The translations under genes were made by a program, and so were the position numbers. The notes below the pieces were generated by a model that saw only the letters and a program-made list of their open reading frames with translations, ran no database searches and was not told the origin of the DNA. From sequence record PP129558: a stretch of 64,000 nt of DNA; one strand, 5' to 3'. This DNA comes from Escherichia phage vB_EcoM_01. Positions 29,514 through 37,397 of this stretch are shown here, piece after piece. The stretch's first letter is position 1. The number at the start of each line of letters is the position of its first letter.

Positions 29514-30622
29514 TTACCAAGCCCTCGTTTCACAGCAGCTACCATCCCGTCTTCCAGAGATTGAACTTCATTAATATAATCAACACGAGCAGCACGGGCT
29601 TCCGTATTGATGCGGTTAGTTTCTTCCAACATCTTAACCAAGTTTTCCTGATCGTGACGCAGAGTTTCAATATCCAACACTTGACGGTTAGCCAGTGCTG
29701 CTGCTTCGATCTGATTTTGTGTGGCAAGATCGCTACCCAGTTTAATTGCCAGGTTAAATTCATCAAGAACGTTATTCTGTGTCTCTGCGGCTTTCATTTG
29801 ACGTAAGCTCTCAATATACATTGAGAAGTTAGCAGAGTAAGCAGGAATAACATTATTCACTATGTTACGCGCAGATCGCATTAAGCTTGCAGAAACTTTT
29901 TGCATACCTTGCACACGTGGTCCCATTTGGACACACAGTAGGCGCAATGCTTTTAAATCCGCAATACGAATCTCCAGAAGATCCAAAGTATCTCGGATCG
30001 CTTGTCGCTGTTCTACCGCATCTTCTGGAAGAGCAGCCAAAGCTTGTTCTTCTTTTTCGTAGGTTGCTGTTAGAAGCTGCATATCTCGGTTCAAACTTGC
30101 AGCATATTGTCCAATAGCTTGATGTAGCTTTTCAAGATATACCAAGGAATCTTCTTCTTTGCGAATATCCATTTGAAGGTTCTTTACCAACTCTTCAATA
30201 CGGTTATTAACATTATCAAACTCCCCAAACAGGTCTTCTTTCATACCCATAACTTTTTTAATGAGTTTAGTAATACCTTTGCTTTGTTTAATAGAGTTTG
30301 GATCAAGTTGTTTTGCCTGTTTAATCAAAGCTGTGAGTCGTTCACTCATCTGATCGCCTTGATTACTACGTTGATGTTTTAATACCTCGGCATTCAAGGA
30401 ACGCAAGGTTGTTCCTGCCTCTGCCCCGATCTCTTCGATCTCTTGTCGTGTCATAGAAGGCAAAACTGGGACTTCTTGCGGTGCGGCTGGTGCATAAACA
30501 GGACTGGCATCTAACACGCTTGGAGCAAATACAGATTTACTTGCATCTGTTGTTGCAGTGAATACACTGATTTCAGACTTCTTCTGACCACCAGTAGCTG
30601 CTTTTAAAAACGGACTTGTCAT
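29510..30622 (-). CDS. telA: TelA/KlaA-like (toxic anion resistance family) protein
   Basis: 370 aa, largely helical/coiled, overall resemblance to TelA family; lies with TerD, vWA and TerC genes. Confidence 0.55.
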   Translation of the reverse strand: MTSPFLKAATGGQKKSEISVFTATTDASKSVFAPSVLDASPVYAPAAPQEVPVLPSMTRQEIEEIGAEAGTTLRSLNAEVLKHQRSNQGDQMSERLTALIKQAKQLDPNSIKQSKGITKLIKKVMGMKEDLFGEFDNVNNRIEELVKNLQMDIRKEEDSLVYLEKLHQAIGQYAASLNRDMQLLTATYEKEEQALAALPEDAVEQRQAIRDTLDLLEIRIADLKALRLLCVQMGPRVQGMQKVSASLMRSARNIVNNVIPAYSANFSMYIESLRQMKAAETQNNVLDEFNLAIKLGSDLATQNQIEAAALANRQVLDIETLRHDQENLVKMLEETNRINTEARAARVDYINEVQSLEDGMVAAVKRGLGK

Positions 30623-31209
30623 TCTTCATTCTCCTCTTCTGCATCTCTTATGTATGGTGAAACACCGTATTCTTTAGCTACTTTAATCCAATCGTCCCAT
30701 TTATACAACCATAATTTTCCTTCTGTTCCTTCTTTATCTGATTTTAACCACATATTAGGTTGCTTACCTGGATACATGCGATTAGGTTTACGATTATACC
30801 CTCTAACACATCTTGTCGCAAACCTATCCACCAAAACAAGAACATATTTATATTCATGGTTCAACGGCTCTTTGGAAGTAGCTTTAGGGTTTGCCCCTAA
30901 TTCTGCTGCCAGTTTTTGCCAATGAGCACCGTGCCGACTAAACTTACCCATACAACCATCAATAGCATGAGCAATTTCGTGCTTCATTGTATCCACGATC
31001 ATATCTCTTGTAGAGTTCTTATGCAAGTGCCAATTTACAACAACAATTTTATCTCGGTAGTTGCACCAACCGAAAGAGTTATTCACTTTGTTTCTAACGC
31101 AAGCTTTATATCCTGCTTCACGTAACATGTTGTAGTAAACAGGAAAATCTTCTTTTATTTCCTGCATCACTTCCCACCACAAGAGTTGCAAGTCTCTCTC
31201 GGTATACAT
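30619..31209 (-). CDS. SprT-like zinc metallopeptidase-fold protein
   Basis: 196 aa; HEIAHAIDG (HExxH) followed by Cys/His cluster. Confidence 0.45.
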   Translation of the reverse strand: MYTERDLQLLWWEVMQEIKEDFPVYYNMLREAGYKACVRNKVNNSFGWCNYRDKIVVVNWHLHKNSTRDMIVDTMKHEIAHAIDGCMGKFSRHGAHWQKLAAELGANPKATSKEPLNHEYKYVLVLVDRFATRCVRGYNRKPNRMYPGKQPNMWLKSDKEGTEGKLWLYKWDDWIKVAKEYGVSPYIRDAEEENEE

Positions 31210-31212
31210 AAC

Positions 31213-31806
31213 TTACACCTTAAAAGTGAAATGCGTGGTCGTGGCTTCAAAATCAGGGCCAGATAAACGTGCACTGAAATCTGAAATATTTGTAATTAAA
31301 AAGCTTTTATGCATACCCAACACAGCCACGCTTTCAATATCTTCTACTAACATTTCAATCATGTTAGAAACATGGCTGAACGTAGTGTTTTGTTTTTTGA
31401 TGGTGTAGAAAGAAAGATTCCCACCTGCTGTATAAGATACTTCTTCAAAATCTTTAATCGTATACTGTGTCCCATCAGTAAAGAAAATGGTAGCTTTATT
31501 AGTAGCACGTTTCTTGTTTTTTGGTCCTTTTTTACGTTTACTGCGAGTAGGAAAACCATTTGGGAATACCGTAGCTACAAATTCTTCAGGAGAAACCTCC
31601 TTACCGAAATCATAACCATAAGAAACAGCATCTATAAACTCATCGTCCTCATTTTTAAAATAATGAAAATAGGGCCAATTTGACAGGTTATCAAGCATCT
31701 TGTGCTCATCCACAGCAGAGAACGTATCCCTCAAAGCACGTGTGATTTGCAAAGCATTAGGCAACCTTTTAACACCTACGATGGAAGTACGAATAGAAAT
31801 TGTCAT
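31213..31806 (-). CDS. hypothetical protein
   Basis: 197 aa ORF. Confidence 0.5.
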   Translation of the reverse strand: MTISIRTSIVGVKRLPNALQITRALRDTFSAVDEHKMLDNLSNWPYFHYFKNEDDEFIDAVSYGYDFGKEVSPEEFVATVFPNGFPTRSKRKKGPKNKKRATNKATIFFTDGTQYTIKDFEEVSYTAGGNLSFYTIKKQNTTFSHVSNMIEMLVEDIESVAVLGMHKSFLITNISDFSARLSGPDFEATTTHFTFKV

Positions 31807-31820
31807 TATTTTTCTCCTTA

Positions 31821-32258
31821 TTAACGTCGCTTGCTACGAGATGAACTCTTTTTACTTAAAGGACTATTGTAAGATTTACGAGTTGTATAGCTGCTATTTG
31901 TTTTAAAAGTTTGTCTCGGCTTTTCATAAGTTTTTATCTCTTGTTTAGGCTTACCATAAAAATTAGTTTTCGGTTTAGGTGTGTTATAATGTTTATTAAT
32001 AATCGTTCTGTTATCGTTATAATCCCCGCCGCTACGATTACTACCACCGCTCATCATATGTCCTAACAACATACCTGTAGCAAACTCACCAACACCGCTA
32101 CTACTAGAACCGCCACCATTGTTGATAATAGTTGTATCTCCGTCAGATCCTTGTTGAGTGTATTGTTGAGGAGGTTGTTGATATTGTGTAGGATTTGTTT
32201 CATCCTCGCAAGCTGTTAAAAAGATACAACCAATTAAAATCAGGGCTAGTTTTTTCAT
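31821..32258 (-). CDS. Gly/Ser-rich lipoprotein
   Basis: Start at ATG 32258 (MKKLALILIGCIFLTAC: signal peptide plus lipobox) with GAGGAAAG RBS. Confidence 0.5.
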   Translation of the reverse strand: MKKLALILIGCIFLTACEDETNPTQYQQPPQQYTQQGSDGDTTIINNGGGSSSSGVGEFATGMLLGHMMSGGSNRSGGDYNDNRTIINKHYNTPKPKTNFYGKPKQEIKTYEKPRQTFKTNSSYTTRKSYNSPLSKKSSSRSKRR

Positions 32259-32441
32259 ATTTGCTTTCCTCGTTTTGACTATTAATACATCTGTGTTTGA
32301 AATCTCCAGAGAAGCAATAAAGCTGCTCTCCATCTCGGTATAAACTCACTTTACTGCCGTTGATTACGCTTGTCAATACAAAAATTACAACAAACAACCC
32401 TATTGCAAAACAAATATTTTCAAACACAACCAACAAGTATT

Positions 32442-32792
32442 TCATTTTAAAAATACCTCATCATCAGTTTCATTATCCCAGAAGAACAAATCCCAACCAT
32501 TAGGATCATTCCACTTGGCGGCTGGAGAAGTCCAGATTTGTTCGATATCAATATTCAAAACTTCGCCGTTTCGTTTTGAAACAGCCTTGGTTAATTCCCA
32601 ACGAGATACAGGTTCTACCTCTCCTGAACCACTTCCACAACAAGCTACTACGTTAGGAGGAAGGTTAATTGGATCTTTGGTCACAATCATAACGCTTACC
32701 CCAGGGTAAACTTTTGAAAGATAATCTGAAACGTAATCAACATCACCAGGTAAATCCCAAACAAGTTTTTGAATTTCATCAAAATTACTCAT
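32442..32792 (-). CDS. hypothetical protein
   Basis: 116 aa ORF. Confidence 0.5.
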   Translation of the reverse strand: MSNFDEIQKLVWDLPGDVDYVSDYLSKVYPGVSVMIVTKDPINLPPNVVACCGSGSGEVEPVSRWELTKAVSKRNGEVLNIDIEQIWTSPAAKWNDPNGWDLFFWDNETDDEVFLK

Positions 32793-32800
32793 AAGTCTCT

Positions 32801-32828
32801 CCTATAAAATAGCCTCCCGAAGGAGGCT
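32801..32828 (-). terminator. rho-independent terminator after terC
   Basis: gcctcc-ttcg-ggaggc hairpin followed by TATTTTAT on minus strand. Confidence 0.5.
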
Positions 32829-32834
32829 CATCTA

Positions 32835-33809
32835 TTAAACAGTAGCTTCTTCTTTTTCAGGGAAGATAAAGCTTGCAATAACACCAAGAGCTAATGTGCC
32901 TAGAACAATCATCAGACTTACGTTAGGGGAAATATCATGCGGGAGGAATGACCACTTGGCATGAAGTGTTTCACCGAACGGGTGATACATAAGTTTAGCA
33001 CCAACAAACACCAGAACCACAGCAACAGCTTTCTCTAAGTGAACCAAATATTTCACAGCTACACTTAACACAAAGAAAAGTGCACGTAAACCAAGAACAG
33101 CCATCAGCATTGCAGAATAAACTAGCAGAGGTTCTTGTGTCACACCGATCACAGCCGGAACTGAATCAAAAGAGAAGACAATATCTGTAAGCTCAATAAC
33201 AAACACACAAAGAAGAGCAGGAGTTGCATATTTAATACCATTCTTAATGGTAATGAACTTTTCACCATCCAGTGCATTGTGCACAGGCAGAACTTTACCT
33301 ACTAAACGAACAGCCCAATGCTTAGAGTAATCAATATCCTCTTCTTCGTCACCACCTTTGATGATAGCCACGGCAGACCAAGCTACAATCAAACCGAACA
33401 ACACTTGGACCGACCAATGAAGGTTAAACAAAGCGGTCCCTGCTGCAACAAAAATACCTCGGAAGACAATGGCTCCTGCAATCCCCCAAAGTAAAATCTT
33501 ATGTTGGAGATGTGTGCTCTTAATTCCAAAGCTTGCAAAAATTGCCATGAACACCATCAGGTTATCTACAGAAAGACTCTTTTCCAACACATAGCCACTT
33601 AGGAAAAGCGCGGCAAACTCTTTACCATGTTCTACCCAAATGAATGCGTAATATCCTAAAGCTAAAGCAATCCAAAAAACAGACCAAAGCAAAGCAGATT
33701 TAATTCCAATTTCTTTATTCTCTTTATGACCAAAGAAATCGATACCAATAGACAATGCTAAAATACCAACTAAAACAACTACATCAATAATTGGGAAACC
33801 AAGTTGCAT
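32835..33809 (-). CDS. terC: TerC-family integral membrane protein
   Basis: 324 aa, multiple TM helices; hallmark SGYVLEKSLSVDNLMVF motif. Confidence 0.8.
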   Translation of the reverse strand: MQLGFPIIDVVVLVGILALSIGIDFFGHKENKEIGIKSALLWSVFWIALALGYYAFIWVEHGKEFAALFLSGYVLEKSLSVDNLMVFMAIFASFGIKSTHLQHKILLWGIAGAIVFRGIFVAAGTALFNLHWSVQVLFGLIVAWSAVAIIKGGDEEEDIDYSKHWAVRLVGKVLPVHNALDGEKFITIKNGIKYATPALLCVFVIELTDIVFSFDSVPAVIGVTQEPLLVYSAMLMAVLGLRALFFVLSVAVKYLVHLEKAVAVVLVFVGAKLMYHPFGETLHAKWSFLPHDISPNVSLMIVLGTLALGVIASFIFPEKEEATV

Positions 33810-33826
33810 TCTTTTCTCCTCTCTTT

Positions 33827-33885
33827 GCGGGGAACTATTCCCCGCTTCATGTGATATATCTTACTCTTTTTAAGAACTATGTCAA
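33827..33885 (-). promoter_or_regulatory. promoter plus 5' hairpin module upstream of terC (same architecture as the 55.7-59.9 kb array)
   Basis: minus strand: TTGACA-16 nt-TAAGAT-atatcacatga-GCGGGGAA tagt TTCCCCGC-RBS-ATG. Confidence 0.55.
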
Positions 33886-33888
33886 CAC

Positions 33889-34110
33889 TTATTTTGTTGA
33901 ATGAGAGGAAAAGATTCCTCGTAATACAGCCAGAATAAACGAAACACAAACCACGGTCCAGAAGGTTACTGGAACAGTGATATCTGCATGACCCATAACT
34001 TCAGCAACATAGTTGTAAGCCAGCAACAGTAACCAAGCTGGAATCAAACTAAGCATAAAAGCAATAACAAAAAAGCTTACCACTGCAACAATACCTGCAA
34101 AAACACCCAT
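33889..34110 (-). CDS. small membrane protein (two TM helices)
   Basis: 73 aa, two hydrophobic helices. Confidence 0.5.
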   Translation of the reverse strand: MGVFAGIVAVVSFFVIAFMLSLIPAWLLLLAYNYVAEVMGHADITVPVTFWTVVCVSFILAVLRGIFSSHSTK

Positions 34111-34122
34111 ACTAATCTCCTC

Positions 34123-34608
34123 TTAAAGTTTATAAATAGTCACATCGTGACCAGCTTTTACTAAAGTTTCTTTGATCATGACTTCAATGATAGCCCAATT
34201 ACCTCCAGCATGACCTGCACCTATCATAGGTAGACCAATCTTATGTGCTGGTTGATCTCCTTTATCGTAATTGTGTAAGTCCATTGCCATAGCTGCAAGA
34301 GCATCATATAGCGCATCATAATCTAGTTGACGACCTTTACTATTGTATCCATAACGATACTGTCCATAAAGGTTGTATACCATAGGGTTAGGATAATCTT
34401 CTGGTTCCCCTAAACTAAAAGAACCAAGCTTTTTCTGGTTTCCTGCTCCTGTAGCTAAATCTGCTTCGTATGCATATGGAAACGCATATTTTATTTGTGG
34501 GGCAATACCTGCCCCCATATTACACATACAGTTGCAACAATGAGCAATAACAGTTACTTCACCTGCTTTAGCGGCATCAATAAGATTACCTGTTTTCATT
34601 TTAAGCAT
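34123..34608 (-). CDS. macro-domain protein (ADP-ribose binding/processing)
   Basis: VIAHCCNCMCNMGAGIA and LPMIGAGHAGGNW resemble macro-domain Gly-rich loops; start at ATG 34608 with AAGGAG RBS (track ORF extends to 34713). Confidence 0.55.
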   Translation of the reverse strand: MLKMKTGNLIDAAKAGEVTVIAHCCNCMCNMGAGIAPQIKYAFPYAYEADLATGAGNQKKLGSFSLGEPEDYPNPMVYNLYGQYRYGYNSKGRQLDYDALYDALAAMAMDLHNYDKGDQPAHKIGLPMIGAGHAGGNWAIIEVMIKETLVKAGHDVTIYKL

Positions 34609-34621
34609 TTTTAGCTCCTTA

Positions 34622-35284
34622 TTACAGAACATGTTGTTTTGTGTAACGATCCAAGAATTCAAAGTTTTCAGCATACTTTGAAATTCGGTTGTAACCTTCT
34701 CCCAAACATCCAAAGAAAAGTTGCTCTACATAGTAGTGTGGCAATTGGCTAAGAATGATTTTGAAGTCTTCGTGATTTTGGCCCATAAGATACTTAATAG
34801 GACGAACAAGGCACTGTGCATCACGTTCTTCATTAATCATTTTAACAAACGCTTCTGGTGTATTAATATAATTAAAATTCAGTTTAGCTTCGGTATCTGC
34901 TTGATTACCTTCATATTTTGCAAAATACAAGAAGTAAACATCATTTTTAACTTGATTTTCATCAAGGATCTCAATCAGTTTGTCTTCATGAGTTCCAGTG
35001 ATATTTACATCATCAATAAACACAAGCTTCTTATCACCCCAGAATTCTTTGTTGCAGTAGAATGTATCCCCATCAATAAGTTTCTTACGACTAGCTTTAT
35101 CCAAGAAACCATAATCGTTGATATAGCTAACTTTACGATGAATAATATCCAGTTCTGCTGAACGACCTTGGTCATATTGTGATTGCAACATATTAAAGTA
35201 ATTAATAAAATGATCTGTCATCATTGTTGCAGCATTATGCACATGGTTGTAAGGAGAAGGAATGATAACAAATTGTTCCCCCAA
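34622..35284 (-). CDS. phosphoribosyltransferase (type I PRTase fold); N terminus uncertain
   Basis: KKLVFIDDVNITGTHEDK is a PRPP-binding motif; track start is TTG; upstream ORF 35235-35450 could be the true N terminus via a shift at a G5 run. Confidence 0.65.
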   Translation of the reverse strand: MGEQFVIIPSPYNHVHNAATMMTDHFINYFNMLQSQYDQGRSAELDIIHRKVSYINDYGFLDKASRKKLIDGDTFYCNKEFWGDKKLVFIDDVNITGTHEDKLIEILDENQVKNDVYFLYFAKYEGNQADTEAKLNFNYINTPEAFVKMINEERDAQCLVRPIKYLMGQNHEDFKIILSQLPHYYVEQLFFGCLGEGYNRISKYAENFEFLDRYTKQHVL

Positions 35285-35442
35285 TATGTTTCATTGCTAC
35301 TTGAGCAAAAAACTGAAGTGCCAATTCTTTACCCATACGACGCGCAGCTTGGTTACTACCAAATTTCAATTTTGAATAATCTTGGATATCAAAAGTAGCA
35401 GTTTCCAGATCATCAAATTTATTTGCAAAAATTTGAGTTTGA

Positions 35443-36099
35443 TTACGCATTTACAATTTCTCCTCTTTTAAGTTTCTCTAGTAAGTCGTTAGGGTTCTTA
35501 ATATGACAGAAGTTAAATCCTAAGTCAACACATTTTCCATCATATTCTTCACTATCGCCTACGTGCAATACTTCGTGCCCTAACAGAGGGATCGGAGAAT
35601 ACGTGAGCGTGCGAGCAAAGAATCGCGGATCTGGTTTACAAAGTAAAGCTTCATCTGAGAAATGGGTGAACTCAAAACAATTCCAACTATCAAACTTACA
35701 AGCACGACGCAGGATATCCCCTGATATGAAGTTGGTATTGCTCTTAATACTCAAATCATAACGCCCCGAAAGATACAGCAAGTACATCGGCAGATCCACG
35801 GCTACGTGTGGTGGAAACTTAAGGAACCACTGTTCACACTCGAAACGAAGCTTTGCAGACTTCCAAGGCGTTATCCCAAGTTCAGAACCAAGTCTTTCCC
35901 AAGCGTATGCTGCACACTCGGCTTTGCCTTGAAGTGCTGCATTATCCAGTTCCTTTTTGATCTTTTTATAAGCTGCTCTTGCTTCCACTTCCGTAATATC
36001 TCCATATTTTGCGATAGTCCAGGCTCGCATGTCTGCGTAATTGGAGTTTGCTGTGATCAGTGTGTTCCATACATCAAAAGAGATATGTTTAATAGTCAT
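35443..36099 (-). CDS. HAD-superfamily hydrolase
   Basis: 218 aa; motif I ISFDVWNTLI, motif III KPDPRFF, motif IV HVGDSEEYD. Confidence 0.7.
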   Translation of the reverse strand: MTIKHISFDVWNTLITANSNYADMRAWTIAKYGDITEVEARAAYKKIKKELDNAALQGKAECAAYAWERLGSELGITPWKSAKLRFECEQWFLKFPPHVAVDLPMYLLYLSGRYDLSIKSNTNFISGDILRRACKFDSWNCFEFTHFSDEALLCKPDPRFFARTLTYSPIPLLGHEVLHVGDSEEYDGKCVDLGFNFCHIKNPNDLLEKLKRGEIVNA

Positions 36100-36100
36100 A

Positions 36101-36706
36101 TTAAGCCCACCATGCGTCTAAGTTAAGATTACTGTCCACTACCACTTGTTCTATGTGGTAGCCTTTTATCTGTATCCCACTGTTCAAGAGCATATCATAC
36201 GCTTCATTGAAACGCAACTTATCTTCTGCGGAATATAAGCGAGCATTATAAAATCGGTAATCAATTTCTTCAGCATTAGAAGAAATACGGAAGAAGTTTG
36301 TTTCTACTTCGGGATCACTTGCTGAAGTCTTAATGTGAACTTCTCCGTAATTTTCTTTACTTAGATCCATGAAAAGAACACAGGCAACATGTTTAAACAT
36401 TCGTTCCAGTTTGTAACGAACAACATTGAAACCTGCATTCTCAAGTTTTTCTACACACTGCAACATTAAAGTAGTGTCGAGATCGCTTTGATACTTTGTT
36501 AACATACGATCACGTTGAGACTTTGTATCCCGATGTAAATCAATTGTTGTGCATTTGGCACCAATAATCTTAGCTGCTTTCATCAACTCTTCAGAACTAA
36601 CGTTAGATAAAGTAAGATGAAAATGGGCTTTCCACACTTTTTTAGCAGGGACACCAAAAGATTTATCCCCACTATTCGGCATGTTGACTACTACACTATG
36701 TTGCAT
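36101..36706 (-). CDS. hypothetical protein (weak 2H phosphoesterase-like signature)
   Basis: 201 aa; HFHLTL and VHIKTS as possible H-x-T/S-x pairs; weak. Confidence 0.4.
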   Translation of the reverse strand: MQHSVVVNMPNSGDKSFGVPAKKVWKAHFHLTLSNVSSEELMKAAKIIGAKCTTIDLHRDTKSQRDRMLTKYQSDLDTTLMLQCVEKLENAGFNVVRYKLERMFKHVACVLFMDLSKENYGEVHIKTSASDPEVETNFFRISSNAEEIDYRFYNARLYSAEDKLRFNEAYDMLLNSGIQIKGYHIEQVVVDSNLNLDAWWA

Positions 36707-36721
36707 TACTTATCTCCTCAC

Positions 36722-36946
36722 TTAAAATGGAAGTCTTTGAAGTTCATCTCCTCCGATATCAAGTAATTTAGCAACATCTCGATCAGAAAGCAACTCTTTT
36801 CTTTGTAAAATATCCACAAGGGTTGCAAGAATGTCCTTAACGTCCCGATCACTGTTCTTCAAAAGTTCTCCTGCCGTCCCTACTCTATCTCCTACAGCAA
36901 AATATGTAACCATGAAACCTCCTAAGTTAATCTGATTGCCAACCAC
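36722..36946 (-). CDS. hypothetical small protein
   Basis: 74 aa ORF. Confidence 0.35.
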   Translation of the reverse strand: MVGNQINLGGFMVTYFAVGDRVGTAGELLKNSDRDVKDILATLVDILQRKELLSDRDVAKLLDIGGDELQRLPF

Positions 36947-37397
36947 TTGCCGTTTTGGTCCATAATCTTTGATTATCTGACCCTCTGAAAGGTTTTGTAG
37001 TTGGATTGTTTATTTCATACTTTCCGTCTACAATAATGTCAACAAGATTTTTAATATACAAAGGCACTTCCTCAAAAGTATATCCTGTATACACCATTAT
37101 ATCTTTGCTTGACCCATAAACGTCTCTAACCTTTTCTATAAGGTTTTTAACATTGTAAATATTCTGCGGATCTAATGGCTCTCCTCCTAAAATTGTTAAA
37201 CCTTTTACAAACGGTCTTGACAAATCTTTTAAAACTTGCTCTACATTTTCGTGAGTAAACGGTTTCCCGTAAGAATAAGACCAGGCTTTTTGGTTAAAAC
37301 AGCCACGACAACCGTGGCTACAACCACTAACCCAGAGGGAGCACCTAACTCCCTCGCCATTAATAAGATCTACAGGTTCATATCCTGCAAAATTCAA
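36927..37397 (-). CDS. nrdG: anaerobic ribonucleotide reductase activating protein (radical SAM)
   Basis: 156 aa; CSHGCRGC cluster; immediately downstream of nrdD-like gene. Confidence 0.8.
   Translation of the reverse strand: MNFAGYEPVDLINGEGVRCSLWVSGCSHGCRGCFNQKAWSYSYGKPFTHENVEQVLKDLSRPFVKGLTILGGEPLDPQNIYNVKNLIEKVRDVYGSSKDIMVYTGYTFEEVPLYIKNLVDIIVDGKYEINNPTTKPFRGSDNQRLWTKTASGWQSD

Noticed and set aside
32200-32445. 81-aa minus-strand ORF with a TM helix overlapping the lipoprotein gene start
   Set aside because: It overlaps the better-supported lipoprotein start (RBS plus signal peptide and lipobox) by about 58 nt in another frame; kept out of the feature list although a genuine small membrane protein cannot be excluded.
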